Of a DNA stretch of 64,000 bases, positions 1 to 11,229 are shown one piece after another. Position 1 is the first letter of the stretch; each line of letters begins with the position of its first letter. The position numbers were made by a program, and so were the translations under genes. The notes below the pieces were generated by a model that saw nothing but the letters and a program-made list of their open reading frames with translations, was not told the DNA's origin and did no database searches. The stretch comes from an uncultured virus (IMG/VR IMGVR_UViG_3300025133_000076) (lineage: Duplodnaviria > Heunggongvirae > Uroviricota > Caudoviricetes). Location of the stretch: the IMG/VR virus record IMGVR_UViG_3300025133_000076; one strand, given 5' to 3'.

Positions 1-3
1 TCC

Positions 4-2532
4 ATGTCAAATCGTCTTAACTTAAGGATAAGCGGCTCTAGAGGAGCCCTCTTTCCGTGGGATATAAGTATAATGCCCTCTTTTAAAGATGGCGGTAAGA
101 GAAGGGGCAGGGGCAGAAGGGGTGCCCGAGGCACTAACGACGAGAGGCTGTCTGCAGGATACCATTCGTTGAGAACCCAGCTTCAGCAAGAGGCGGGAAC
201 TGTATTGGTTGAATCAAAAATGAAGCAAGTAGCCCTTTCGTCTTTTATAGCAATAATGGCCCCCAATTGCGATCAGGCATTAAAAGCAGGATTGCCAGAC
301 CCCCACTGGTTGGTAGATAAGGACAATAAGGCATATGTGCCTATCTCAGACTTGGAGCAGGCGATAGAAGAGATTTTAATGTGCAGCGATCTCGGATATG
401 ATTTATATGACTTTGGAGTAGAGCATGCCCGAGTTATTGTAGAGATTTTAAATGAAATTGTTAAAAAAGCTGTTGAAGACTTTGCCAAAAAAGACATCAA
501 CAACGAGGAGGTCTTCTCGCCTACAAGCGCCTCATATGCGTTGGCCAATAAATACATAACTGCGATTTATTCTGCCTTTTTGGATCAATTAAAAGATTTG
601 TCCGAAAAACTTAAGCCATATTCGCCTCCCCCGCCGATTTCTGTAACAAATTATCCGAGAATTAATTATGCTGAACTTACTCATCCCGACCATGCCGGGG
701 AAAAAGAAGAAGTAGATAGATATTTGGAGGCGAAAAGAGATATTCGCAGCCCTGTTTTGTCAGAACAGTTTCTGAATTTTTATTCATGGACGCCCGTAGG
801 CTTTTCTTTAGATATATCCTCGGCAGATCTAGATAGCTATAGGGCTATCATGGGCCTGGAATATGATCCAAGCATTAAACATTTGGATGTTAAATTAAAG
901 AAAGAAAAAAGAATTAGAAAGCGCCCTATATCTTTGGGGATTTTTCCTGAGTTTGGTGAAAGACCGGATTTTAATGATAATGATTCAAATGTTGAGGCGT
1001 TTTGGAATACAATCTGGGAATCTATTCCGGACAAGGTTGCATCTACAATATTTACACTAATTACTGAAGCATCATATAATAATGTTTTTACAAGATTTTC
1101 TGATGACGAATTAAAAAAACGTTTATTCGGAGATAATTCTGTTGATAATTTTAATGATATATTTATAGTTAAAAGTTTAATAAAAAGCCTAAAAGAAGAT
1201 AGTATAAATATCGACAAAGAGGGATGGCTCTTAAATAGGGCTGTTAAAAGATATGGCCTTACTGATCCTAATGTAAGCTTGCCTATAAGCGAAATTATAG
1301 AAATTATTACAAATGGATATAATAAATTTTTCCAAAGTTTTCCCACAAGATACGTTAGTGCCTTTAGACACAAGGCGCCAAATAATGAATATAGAAGAAT
1401 GACGGAGGAAGATGTCGTTGAGCTATGGGATATTATATCAAACAAAGAGTTTGATAGTGCCAGCGATCTATCTAATGAGATCTTAAGGGTAATGGGGGTT
1501 ATAATAGATGACTCTCCTGCGTATGCAATTTATTCTTGGGCAAAAACCTTATTTGAAAATAAGGAGGCTATTAGTCCCGAGGCATTTCGGGCTATTTTTA
1601 TAATTAAAGATAGGTCTCTTATTGGGCGTGATGCAAGTGTGGCGATAAAGGCTGAATACGAAGATGTAACAAGGCTAAAGAGAAAAATAGAAGATTTAGG
1701 CGACCAAATTAGTTTGGATGAAATTAAGGAATTTATGACGCCATTTAGAGAAAAGGAGGATGATCAGCTTACAGTTTCTGAGATGAATTTATATAATGAA
1801 TTTTACGTAACGCTTGGTAACAGAAGGCTGGATAATAGGACCTTTAGATATATAAATGGCATAAGAGGCAAGTCTGTATTTAAGTATCACACCGACATAA
1901 GCTCCTTTGGGAAACATCTTGAGGGGTATAAGTCTAATGCACATTTGGTTGCGATATTTGGATTGGAAAAATTTATAAAAGAACTCGAAGATTGCTTAGA
2001 AGATATAGAGGGAAATACTGCCGCCATCAAAGCAAGGATTAAGAGGGATGAGCCTAACCCGGATATTTCTAACAAAATGATTAAAGCAATAATCGTTTTA
2101 TCTAACTCTCCCGGATTAGGGCTGGATGAGTTTATTACTAAACTTTTGGTTGGCGCTGCGCCGGTAGGAGAAGGTTACCTGGGGCCAGTGGGACATGCGA
2201 AAGAGCCATTAAGCAAATTAATGGCTATGATTGAGGGAGAGGATTTGGAATATGATGATATATGGGGATACTCTTGCAACAAAGATCCTGATGAAACTCA
2301 AATGTATGAACAAAAATTCGAAGGATTCAAGGGCGCTGTAAAAAGATTGTTAGGAGAGATCGCCTCACGGAAGAAGGGCCCGGGCGACGAGGACGAAGAA
2401 ATTATTACAGAAGGCTTCGTAAAAGACTTGGGCCTTAAAAAGCTTGCAGATTTAACAAGATATCTTGAGCAATTAGGTTTTGCCAAGGAAGCTTGCGGGG
2501 TTAATGATCTTATTAAGAAGATCTATATTTAG
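4..2532 (+). CDS. Large hypothetical protein with a C-terminal copy of the shared leader-like motif; may be 5'-truncated by the window edge
   Basis: 842-aa ORF; ends LKKLADLTRYLEQLGFAKEACGVNDLIKKI. Confidence 0.8.
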   Translation: MSNRLNLRISGSRGALFPWDISIMPSFKDGGKRRGRGRRGARGTNDERLSAGYHSLRTQLQQEAGTVLVESKMKQVALSSFIAIMAPNCDQALKAGLPDPHWLVDKDNKAYVPISDLEQAIEEILMCSDLGYDLYDFGVEHARVIVEILNEIVKKAVEDFAKKDINNEEVFSPTSASYALANKYITAIYSAFLDQLKDLSEKLKPYSPPPPISVTNYPRINYAELTHPDHAGEKEEVDRYLEAKRDIRSPVLSEQFLNFYSWTPVGFSLDISSADLDSYRAIMGLEYDPSIKHLDVKLKKEKRIRKRPISLGIFPEFGERPDFNDNDSNVEAFWNTIWESIPDKVASTIFTLITEASYNNVFTRFSDDELKKRLFGDNSVDNFNDIFIVKSLIKSLKEDSINIDKEGWLLNRAVKRYGLTDPNVSLPISEIIEIITNGYNKFFQSFPTRYVSAFRHKAPNNEYRRMTEEDVVELWDIISNKEFDSASDLSNEILRVMGVIIDDSPAYAIYSWAKTLFENKEAISPEAFRAIFIIKDRSLIGRDASVAIKAEYEDVTRLKRKIEDLGDQISLDEIKEFMTPFREKEDDQLTVSEMNLYNEFYVTLGNRRLDNRTFRYINGIRGKSVFKYHTDISSFGKHLEGYKSNAHLVAIFGLEKFIKELEDCLEDIEGNTAAIKARIKRDEPNPDISNKMIKAIIVLSNSPGLGLDEFITKLLVGAAPVGEGYLGPVGHAKEPLSKLMAMIEGEDLEYDDIWGYSCNKDPDETQMYEQKFEGFKGAVKRLLGEIASRKKGPGDEDEEIITEGFVKDLGLKKLADLTRYLEQLGFAKEACGVNDLIKKIYI

Positions 2533-2564
2533 TAATATATAAAGGAATATAAAAGAGTAAAAAT

Positions 2565-3260
2565 ATGCTTAAAGAATTAATTAAAATCGCAAATGAATTA
2601 GACGACCGAGGGCTGCTTAGGCTTGCTGGTCAGTTGGATAATATTATTTTAAAATTTGCAGAGGATGACGCCGACGAGTTCGAGAGCGGAGTTGCCCTCG
2701 AAGCACTTCAGGCAGATGAAGCTGTTGAGAGTGAAGCATCAAGCATAGTTGCTGATGCGATAGACAGAAGCGCCGAAATGCGACATTTTAAAAATACTTT
2801 TTTGACGAGGAACCCTGGAGGAGAGGCCGAAGGCTCAACTTTTTTTGAGCCTCAAGACATAGAAAGCTTAAAGGCTGCAGTGTGGACCCCTTATCCTCAC
2901 CCTGAGATTGCTGGTGATGCGCAGGGGTATAAGGCAGATATTCCTGGAACTTTTGGCCTTATTAAGTTAGAAGATTTAGAACCAGATACTCCAATAAAAA
3001 TGGTGTTGGGACATAAAGGGGAGACTCCTTTCGTAACAGTGTTGGTTGATAACGCAGATGTTCCTAGTGATCTTGCTAGATCCGAATTTACAACGATCTT
3101 GTTAGGCCCTGGGGAAGATGGACTCATAGTGTATACCTTTCATCCAGGCCCTCCAATCGCGCCGTCAATAATGACTCCGTCCGCAGAAACAGAGGCGGCA
3201 AAAGTTGCTGCCGATGCAATGGCCATTGGGTTTGATTACGCTAAAGCAGCAGCTTTATAG
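2565..3260 (+). CDS. Leader-tagged hypothetical protein
   Basis: N-terminus MLKELIKIANELDDRGL...LDNIILKFA; TAATAT upstream. Confidence 0.85.
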   Translation: MLKELIKIANELDDRGLLRLAGQLDNIILKFAEDDADEFESGVALEALQADEAVESEASSIVADAIDRSAEMRHFKNTFLTRNPGGEAEGSTFFEPQDIESLKAAVWTPYPHPEIAGDAQGYKADIPGTFGLIKLEDLEPDTPIKMVLGHKGETPFVTVLVDNADVPSDLARSEFTTILLGPGEDGLIVYTFHPGPPIAPSIMTPSAETEAAKVAADAMAIGFDYAKAAAL

Positions 3261-3268
3261 GAGACACA

Positions 3269-6200
3269 ATGCTTAGGGTGACAGAGTTAATAAGGTACTT
3301 AAAAGCATCAGGCTTACAGCCTGAGTCTAATGCATTATTGTCTTTAGCACAAGAACAGTTATCTTTGTTTGACTCCAACGAAGACTTGAATCAAAGCTCT
3401 GGCTATACACTATCGGATTCAGAAGACTCAGAGGAAGATCGATATGACTTAAGCGGAATAGAGTTTGAGAGCACGCCAATGCCCGATTCTCAAGTTGGGC
3501 CAAGAAAAGCAATAATGTTAGCGCTACTTAGGGGTATGCCAACTAGAGATAAGCAGGAAATAATTGATGAAGTAATGATGCTTCCAAACGAGCCTGCCAA
3601 TTTTGAGCAGGCAACGCAAAATTACAGAGATGTTTACCCGGAATTAAATTACGAAGCCCCTTCGTATATTCCCCCAAGACAAGTTAGAATGCGTGGGGTC
3701 GAACCTGCTATAAGATTTACGCCGGAGTTAGGGATTGTTGAGGAGGACCTTGCTGAGCTTAGGCTTGAAGACGAAGCATATGAGAAAAGAAAGGAAGAGG
3801 CGATAAAACAGTTTGTCGAAGACCATGGGAGAGAGCCTAGTGCGTGGCAAGCGCAGGATCTTACCCCAGGGAAAAAGAGCGACATTGAAGCAATAGAGAA
3901 AAGGGTTGGAGAGTTTAAGAATCTATTGAGTCCAGAGAAATATTCATCTATGGAGCAAGACCTCAGAAGCCTCTACGAAAGGGTTGAGGGCACCAAGGCT
4001 GAATTTATGAAAATAATAAACGAAGCAAAAGATCAGCTTCCCCCAGAGCCTACGACTCCAAACCCAGAGGAGTTTAGAGATTTCGGTGATTATATAGAAG
4101 ATTTAAAAAGCAGAATTTATTATTATTCGTATGAAGTTCTTAGTAATTCTGCAGGAAAATCAATATTTGGAGCAAAAACGGGGCGGGAGGACAAATATAG
4201 GTATCCAACCCCTCTTATTGAACAGTTTTTTAATGATCATGAAAACAATTGGTTTATAGACTCTGAAAGTCTAAAAGACTTTTTAGAAGAGACACCTTCG
4301 CTAGTATCCTCCCAAGCGAACCAGGGGCGGAACAACTGGAGCTATTGGCGGGTCACTATTACGTCATGGCATGAAGATAAGGCAAGGAAATTAGAAGCAT
4401 ATGATGCCGCCCTAAGAGCGTCGATTGACTCTTACCGGAGGGGGCTGAGGTTTATAAAGAGGCTGAAGAGGGCTTTAAACAGAGAGTTGGAGTCCAGAAT
4501 AGAAGGCTTGCAGAAGTCCGGGCATATGCAGTACGTGGAGCAATATGCTAGGGATGAACTGGATATTGTTTATCAGGATGTTGTAAACACGCTTGAAAAT
4601 CAAATAGAGCCTACTGGTCGATATAATTATTATAATAACCAAATCGGGGCGATGGGGAACGCGACTAAGTACGGCACCAGCGGTGAGCACGCGAGTAAAG
4701 ATATAAGTTTGTTTGATATAAATTTATTATTTCATAATAAAATAAAAATGTATGAGGTCATAAACCATTTTGCATCATTAATATTTACGATAATAAAAAG
4801 AACTTCAGAAAGGGTCCAAGCTGCAATTATTGCCCCTGGGCTTAAAAAGGCTGCGGATGATATTTGTTTGAAAACATTTTATGATATATTTGGAATAAGC
4901 GAAGATGAGATGAGAGGAATGACAACGTTCTCGATGGAGTCTCATTTGTCCGAGGAGCTATCCTATTCGGATCGAAGCACGCAGCCATTTCTCGCAATAA
5001 ATAAAGAATCAATAGAAATTTTAATCAGAGGCTGGTCTGAGGAGGCAGATAGGCATGGTGTAAACTTTAAAGGGATGTTTGTTTATCCTAAATTTTTGTT
5101 AAAAAATCCGGAAACCAAGCCTCTTGTTATAGATCAATTAAAACGCCGCGCTGCAGAAAACCTTTTTACCAGCTTCATCTCTAAGGCCGATGACAGGCGG
5201 AGGCATGTCGTCCAAATTATGATGGGGCTGATAGATGAGGGGGAGATTTCTTTCAAAAACCTAGAAGGCCCTGGTATGGAGCATATTCATAAAAAAATAA
5301 TGTCTTATTCCGAGAAGATTTCAAAAGCTGAAGTTAAACGCCTCATGGCCGAGACTAGAACCTCTCCGTTTGCCCGGAGGAGCAACATGGCCAAAAATGT
5401 CCGTCAAGGCCAGGAGGTCGCCTACGCTAAAGAATCTGGCCTTTACTCTTCTTACGGAGAGCTTATAAGAGTTACTGCATCAGGAGGTAGATTCGGACCT
5501 GATGTTAGAGCCTCGCAGGGCCGGCAGCGGGCAGAGGAGTTTGGAGAGGCTGTTGAGTCCGCATTGGAAGGGATGTCAACCCACCCTGGTTATGATGGCT
5601 CGATTATAGAGGCACACACGCTAAGGTCTTTAAAAGAAGGCCTGAGAGGATCAGTAATCTCTGTCTTCCCAGGGTATATACTTCTTGCGAAGAGCCTGAT
5701 GCATGAGCTGATCTATTATGATGGACTTAGCTTCCGGGGGCTCCATTCCCCTCTCGTCGATGGGCCAGCCGGCGAGTCGGGCGACGAACCAGACGCCCGG
5801 TCGGTAGAGACACTCATAGCAAATAAAGATAATTTTCTATCAGAATTGGGCATTCCGAGGTTTATAATAAACTCCAGCAAAGGTTACCAGTCATCATCAA
5901 CTTGGCCTATAATTAATCATTTATTTCAAGATGTTCTGCCGGAAGGAGAAATGGATACTGATCATAGGGGATTGCCGCAAAAGCTTCAAGAGGGGAAGTT
6001 TCTGGATGAAAATTTAATTAATTTAATAAATAAAATGGAATTTATCAACATAGTATCCGAAGAAATGTTTAAGGAGATAGCTGAAAAATATAAAAAAGAA
6101 GGTATTTTTGCAGACAGATATAACGATACGCAGCCCTTCTTTCGCGATCCCCCTGGAAACGGCCGGCCCGGGAGTGAAGCCAGTTCTGCGACCGCTTGGG

Positions 6201-7888
6201 ATATTGATGTGAAACAGTTTTATAGAAAATATATAAAATTATCTGAAGAACTAAATGATATTGTTACTATCGCAATGGAGATACCTAAGGCAAAAGACCA
6301 ATTTCAAAGCATTGTTTATGCAGGAAGAATTCAAAATATTTTTGAGCAGAGAATGTCTTTTATGAAAGAGGTCGGACCCAGAGGTATGGCTAAATCTTAT
6401 TCTGTCTTAAACAAAAGGTTGAGAAATAAAAAAATGCCTTTTAATAAATTAATAAAGATTTGGGAAAGAGAATTAACAGAGCAAATGTCTGACGAGGTAG
6501 GTTTGGTCACGGCCTCCCTGTTCGAAAGAGGCAGGTATCATCATGGTCGTACCGGGAATGGCCCATTTGTCGATAAATCTTTGTCATTTTATTCCCAGGC
6601 CAGCCGTGGGTTGAGCGACATTAGCAACCCTGCTTATTCTGTATCAATCCTTATAGCCAATAAGTTTGAGCTTTCTCATGCTCAACAATTTGAAAAAATA
6701 TTAAATATAGCAGAAGAAGAGTATTCAAAAATATCCGAAAGAAACTTCGGATATCTTGAGATTAAGCAGTTTTTTAACTTAATATTTACAAATATGGACG
6801 GACTAAAGGGAAAGCTCGCAAAAATATTTAGAATATCATCATTTGCTCATAATAGGGGCCATGGTTTGAGCACAGGCTATTTCGCAAGAATGATGAATGA
6901 TCCTAATTTCAAGGATTTTGGCAAAAATAATACTGTTAATAAATATTTTGATATGTGTACAAAATTAGCCAAACTAGGTGGGCTTGCCAACATAAGAAGG
7001 CGATACCAGCCCATAATTGATTCCTTGCTTGTATCAAAAATGCTTTCTCGCGGCTTTTACAAAAGAGTTAGAGAGGCCTATAGAATTTGCAGAGAAGGAC
7101 TTAGGATAAGGCCCAATTTAGAAGGGTTATCTGAAGATTCTTTACAAGAGCAATTAAAGCTCAGAAAGCTGATGGAGACTGTAGATGTGGAGCTTACTGC
7201 GGTTAGAGATTATTCCGCATATGAAGAATACAATGAGCATGTCGTTACCAAAGACAAAAAATTATTTGATCTTAACTGGGAAGTAAAAAGTAAAAACTTT
7301 AGATTCAGAGTCTTAAAGACTTACGATCCAACTCACTTTAAGGTCGGCGTAGATACACAGTGTTGTCAGCGCCTCGGCGGCTTGGGCGAAGGGGCCGCAA
7401 TTGACTCCTATGTAAACCCATTGGCGGGAGTTGTTCTTTTGGAGTTCTACATCAATGGGTCTTGGGGCCTCGCCGCACAGAGCTACTTTCATTATGTGCC
7501 TCAAGATAATGGGTATATTTTAGATAATGTTGAAACTAATAGATCATATATAGGAAGCTCTAGAGAGATTACTGGCTATTCTAAAGAAACTCTTTATGCT
7601 ATGTTGGCGAAAAGAGTTGAGGAAAACTTTAATATAGAATACTTTTTATCTGGAAAGGGATATTCTGAAATTGAGGTAGGATCATACGACAGCAAAAGGC
7701 TGCCATATGATCCTCGTGATTTCGCATGGAGAAAAAAATATACAGATTGGAGGGCATCGGGCAGCATAAATCTACTGTCTCCAAAGTTTGATGTTCCAGA
7801 ACTTCCAAAAGGAAAGAAGGATAGAGTTAAGAAAATAAGCCAATTTCATAATCAGGTTTTTAGCCCGAAAGAGGCCGCCTGTGTTTAG
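3269..7888 (+). CDS. Very large hypothetical protein (variant leader; C-terminal CC-motif, possibly GNAT-like domain)
   Basis: 1539 aa, AGGAG RBS; C-terminal GVDTQCCQRLGG...ILDNVE segment. Confidence 0.85.
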   Translation: MLRVTELIRYLKASGLQPESNALLSLAQEQLSLFDSNEDLNQSSGYTLSDSEDSEEDRYDLSGIEFESTPMPDSQVGPRKAIMLALLRGMPTRDKQEIIDEVMMLPNEPANFEQATQNYRDVYPELNYEAPSYIPPRQVRMRGVEPAIRFTPELGIVEEDLAELRLEDEAYEKRKEEAIKQFVEDHGREPSAWQAQDLTPGKKSDIEAIEKRVGEFKNLLSPEKYSSMEQDLRSLYERVEGTKAEFMKIINEAKDQLPPEPTTPNPEEFRDFGDYIEDLKSRIYYYSYEVLSNSAGKSIFGAKTGREDKYRYPTPLIEQFFNDHENNWFIDSESLKDFLEETPSLVSSQANQGRNNWSYWRVTITSWHEDKARKLEAYDAALRASIDSYRRGLRFIKRLKRALNRELESRIEGLQKSGHMQYVEQYARDELDIVYQDVVNTLENQIEPTGRYNYYNNQIGAMGNATKYGTSGEHASKDISLFDINLLFHNKIKMYEVINHFASLIFTIIKRTSERVQAAIIAPGLKKAADDICLKTFYDIFGISEDEMRGMTTFSMESHLSEELSYSDRSTQPFLAINKESIEILIRGWSEEADRHGVNFKGMFVYPKFLLKNPETKPLVIDQLKRRAAENLFTSFISKADDRRRHVVQIMMGLIDEGEISFKNLEGPGMEHIHKKIMSYSEKISKAEVKRLMAETRTSPFARRSNMAKNVRQGQEVAYAKESGLYSSYGELIRVTASGGRFGPDVRASQGRQRAEEFGEAVESALEGMSTHPGYDGSIIEAHTLRSLKEGLRGSVISVFPGYILLAKSLMHELIYYDGLSFRGLHSPLVDGPAGESGDEPDARSVETLIANKDNFLSELGIPRFIINSSKGYQSSSTWPIINHLFQDVLPEGEMDTDHRGLPQKLQEGKFLDENLINLINKMEFINIVSEEMFKEIAEKYKKEGIFADRYNDTQPFFRDPPGNGRPGSEASSATAWDIDVKQFYRKYIKLSEELNDIVTIAMEIPKAKDQFQSIVYAGRIQNIFEQRMSFMKEVGPRGMAKSYSVLNKRLRNKKMPFNKLIKIWERELTEQMSDEVGLVTASLFERGRYHHGRTGNGPFVDKSLSFYSQASRGLSDISNPAYSVSILIANKFELSHAQQFEKILNIAEEEYSKISERNFGYLEIKQFFNLIFTNMDGLKGKLAKIFRISSFAHNRGHGLSTGYFARMMNDPNFKDFGKNNTVNKYFDMCTKLAKLGGLANIRRRYQPIIDSLLVSKMLSRGFYKRVREAYRICREGLRIRPNLEGLSEDSLQEQLKLRKLMETVDVELTAVRDYSAYEEYNEHVVTKDKKLFDLNWEVKSKNFRFRVLKTYDPTHFKVGVDTQCCQRLGGLGEGAAIDSYVNPLAGVVLLEFYINGSWGLAAQSYFHYVPQDNGYILDNVETNRSYIGSSREITGYSKETLYAMLAKRVEENFNIEYFLSGKGYSEIEVGSYDSKRLPYDPRDFAWRKKYTDWRASGSINLLSPKFDVPELPKGKKDRVKKISQFHNQVFSPKEAACV

Positions 7889-8192
7889 TCTAGTAATATT
7901 ATTTTCTCTTATTTTTGCCGTATCTTGTAGCGATGGAGGCAGCAAAGCCTCTCAACAAGAGGAGTGTGCAGGTTTGTTTAAAGAAATATTGTCTATACAA
8001 GACTCGCGAGATCAATTGTCATCACAAATGCAGGTAATATCATCGGCAAGAAAACAAAGAGCAATCGGTCGTACAAAATATATAATAGCATTTGATGCTT
8101 GGCTTCAAAAGGAGGCGAGATTAAGAGAGGACGTTACGTCTTTATATGATATAGCTTATTTAAAAGGCTGCTTTGAGGAGGGGCTCAGATAA
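7881..8192 (+). CDS. Putative lipoprotein
   Basis: Hydrophobic N-terminus ending FAVSC (lipobox-like). Confidence 0.6.
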   Translation: MFSLVILFSLIFAVSCSDGGSKASQQEECAGLFKEILSIQDSRDQLSSQMQVISSARKQRAIGRTKYIIAFDAWLQKEARLREDVTSLYDIAYLKGCFEEGLR

Positions 8193-9766
8193 TGTCCAAG
8201 AAGCAAAATATTGAATTAAGCGAGTTTGAAAAAGCCCAACTAGGCCAGCAGGCGACTCCTACGAAGCATTACATTTCAGAAGAAGATTGGCCAGTTTTAA
8301 GAGAGGACATTGTAAATAGGAGGCAGAAGTTATTCCCGGAAGAATTTTCTTTAAACCGAGAGCTAACAGCATATACTCCAGGGGAGACAGTCGGCCTGCT
8401 CGATCATCCAGTCGTCAAAGATTGGCATGATAAAATGCTTAAATATAAAATTCCAGAAAAATACAAAACTGTAATTCTAGTTCCGTGCGCAGTTACAAAG
8501 CCTTGGGGGGCAGAGCATTGCAGGAGAAGTACTTATTATAAGGCATATCATGCTGTTAAAAAAGATGTAGAAGAAGGGCGCATTCCTGGTCCATTATTTT
8601 TTGTAACATTAAGTGAACCTTTGGGCGTAGTTCCGGAAGACATGTGGGATGATTTTCCAGCCTATGATAACCCGGGGTTATTTAAAGATACTCCGCAGCG
8701 CTCTGGCCTAACAAAAGTCAAGTGGGATGCCTCACAGTTCGGAAGGCCCCATGAGATGCCATTTGATCTTGAGGCAAAAGATGTTGCCCTGAACAAGCTG
8801 TCAGACGTAATTGCCGGATTTATATTAAATAATAAAGCGGAAGGAAGAAGATTTATATCATTTGTAGATTATAGGCCCGGAACTGGCACGTCAACTCACT
8901 CTGCAATGCTAGATAAAGCGCAGGAGAGCTTAGGAGAGGTGTTCGTAAACGAAGAAGATAGGTTCCCAAAAAGCGAGCGAGGTCACCAGCGGGGAGATAG
9001 TGACAAAGGCCGAGGAATGCACTCTTATATGAGAGATACAGTAAAAGACTTATTAGATTCAAACGCGGATAAGGAAGGCGATATAGACCCCAAAGAAGAG
9101 CCTCGGCTGGCCACACTAAGAGGCTGGCTGCAAAAATCCGGATTTTATCAAGAGGCGAATTATATATATAATATTATAAAAAATGCTGCTTTAATAAATG
9201 ATTTGTCAAAAGAAATAGATAAAGAAAAGGCAAAACAAATGGAGGCTTTGGAGGAGCAATATTTTCCGCCAGGATATGCACAAGATGCTGCAGACATTCT
9301 TGATGATATGGCCCAGCCGGGCGCGGCAGGAGTCGCCTATATTGATGATAAAACAAGTCAAATGGGCGGTTATCTTTATGGATATGAGTTAGTCTTTGAG
9401 GACGAATTTTATGGAGAAAATATAGATGGAGAAGACTTCGATTGCTTTGATGAAGACTGTGCTCAAGACCCTTATTCGTTTGCGGAGGAGATGATACAGC
9501 TTGCGAAAGATGGAGGGATATTTTACGTGTCTAATTTCTTAATAGATAAGCCGTATAGAATGAAGGTTAATGATTTAATCTTTGGCCTTTTGGCTGAAGT
9601 AAAGAAAGGGGGGTATAGCTACATGGCTTTTGACGCTCTGTCTGATACATATCGATTAATAATGAAAGATAATATGCCTAATAAGGCAAGGGAAGAAAAG
9701 TACAATATAAAAGTATTGGGAAAGATAGATCGGGGTTCAGCGTTATTTCTTGCAAGAATTTCTTAG
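8192..9766 (+). CDS. DUF5591/archaeosine-synthase-like domain, internal leader motif and C-terminal GNAT-like domain
   Basis: VILVPCAVTKPW...TLSEPLGVVPE...YD resembles DUF5591; internal RLATLRGWLQKSGFYQEA...IIKNA; FYVSNFLIDKPYR in the C-terminal half. Confidence 0.6.
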   Translation: MSKKQNIELSEFEKAQLGQQATPTKHYISEEDWPVLREDIVNRRQKLFPEEFSLNRELTAYTPGETVGLLDHPVVKDWHDKMLKYKIPEKYKTVILVPCAVTKPWGAEHCRRSTYYKAYHAVKKDVEEGRIPGPLFFVTLSEPLGVVPEDMWDDFPAYDNPGLFKDTPQRSGLTKVKWDASQFGRPHEMPFDLEAKDVALNKLSDVIAGFILNNKAEGRRFISFVDYRPGTGTSTHSAMLDKAQESLGEVFVNEEDRFPKSERGHQRGDSDKGRGMHSYMRDTVKDLLDSNADKEGDIDPKEEPRLATLRGWLQKSGFYQEANYIYNIIKNAALINDLSKEIDKEKAKQMEALEEQYFPPGYAQDAADILDDMAQPGAAGVAYIDDKTSQMGGYLYGYELVFEDEFYGENIDGEDFDCFDEDCAQDPYSFAEEMIQLAKDGGIFYVSNFLIDKPYRMKVNDLIFGLLAEVKKGGYSYMAFDALSDTYRLIMKDNMPNKAREEKYNIKVLGKIDRGSALFLARIS

Positions 9767-9805
9767 GCGTTATTCGAAGCAATATGAGTTACAAAGAGTT
9801 TAAAA

Positions 9806-11212
9806 ATGAAGATTACACTTAAAATATTAGAAGATTGGCTTAAAGCATCAAGCTATACGAAGGAAGCGAAGGCTGTTTTCGAGCTAAGAAAGCAGGCCTT
9901 AGGCGTCCCTTCTATGCCAAGCTGGAGTGACATACGGAGCATCCCGGGGGATGTGGTTTCGTCAATAAGAAGTGAGGTCGAGGGCAAGGTTAAATCGATA
10001 GGATTACGGCACGCAAATAACGCCAGAGCCAGAGAGGCTCTTTCGGAAGAAATGCTTAGAGGCCTAGCTGCATATGAGGCCGGCCAAAGGGAGCTGCTCA
10101 GAGGGGGCCCGTGGTTTCTGACCTCAGAAAGAGATTTCGAAACAATGTGGTCTTCGGTCTATCGGCATATATGGAATGCCTTCGAGGATAAGTACAACCA
10201 GGATGTTAGATCACATGCTGCTCTTAAAGATGTAAAAAAGGGACTAAAGAGAGTTCACTCAGCATACAGGCAAAGATTGCTTAGTCAAGTTCGTGTAGAT
10301 AGAGCTACAGAGCAGGTGGCGAGAGATGTGGGCAATATGATGTCGGGCGGCATTGCAGGTAATGCCGTAGGAAAGAGTGTCAGGCGCAAGAATCATGTGC
10401 GGAGAAGACTTGGGAATGATTGGATGCAAGATTTTGACAACAGAGAGGATCCTCGATACGAAGGATACGATGGACCTTTCGTTAAGATCCTTGATAATGC
10501 AAATGATACTGCTTGGGCATTCACTTTGGTAAAGAAAGATGGCACGCCTTGGCCGAGAAGCCACTATCCAACTGAATCTGATATTTCTTCTGACGAAAGA
10601 TTTACTCGTACATACACACAGGGAGACGGAGTATTAGCCGATATAGCAAAGTCTATGCCGGGAGCTAATGCCGAGCGCCCTGGGTGGCGGGGGAACTTCC
10701 CCTTTAAGGGGAAGTATTTTCACCTATTCTTTGAGGGAGGAGCTCTTCAGCTTAAAGCTCCAAACGCTCCAAGCACGTCTCCTCACTCAGGTGGTAGCCA
10801 TCTAGATGAGATTGGGACTATGGACATATCCGATGGCTCCTACTCTGTCGGTGGAATTATAGCTCATAATATAGACGAAGTCAACCTTCAGAGTGTCGAC
10901 TCTCAGGGGCAAATGAATATTATTGACCAGATGTTAGCGTCCTCTACCGGCCTCGTTCTGAAGAAAATGATCGAAGATATAAAGGCTACACTTGAGTTGG
11001 GCCGGAATGGCATCATGATCTATAACACCCTTAGGAGCAACCTAGTTGATAAGATTTTCTTATTGCCAAATTTTCCAGAAAGCCTGCGAGGGCCTATGGG
11101 CAGCTTATTAGAGGTCGCTGACTCTGTCCAAGAGGCGGAAGAGGGTTCTTCGGAACGCGCATTAGCTTTGCGTAACTTTGATACTGCCGCCAGACCAATA
11201 ACATCAGTGTAA
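9806..11212 (+). CDS. Leader-variant hypothetical protein
   Basis: MKITLKILEDWLKASSYTKEAKAVFELRKQA; 468 aa. Confidence 0.8.
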   Translation: MKITLKILEDWLKASSYTKEAKAVFELRKQALGVPSMPSWSDIRSIPGDVVSSIRSEVEGKVKSIGLRHANNARAREALSEEMLRGLAAYEAGQRELLRGGPWFLTSERDFETMWSSVYRHIWNAFEDKYNQDVRSHAALKDVKKGLKRVHSAYRQRLLSQVRVDRATEQVARDVGNMMSGGIAGNAVGKSVRRKNHVRRRLGNDWMQDFDNREDPRYEGYDGPFVKILDNANDTAWAFTLVKKDGTPWPRSHYPTESDISSDERFTRTYTQGDGVLADIAKSMPGANAERPGWRGNFPFKGKYFHLFFEGGALQLKAPNAPSTSPHSGGSHLDEIGTMDISDGSYSVGGIIAHNIDEVNLQSVDSQGQMNIIDQMLASSTGLVLKKMIEDIKATLELGRNGIMIYNTLRSNLVDKIFLLPNFPESLRGPMGSLLEVADSVQEAEEGSSERALALRNFDTAARPITSV

Positions 11213-11229
11213 AAAAAGGGGACCTAATA

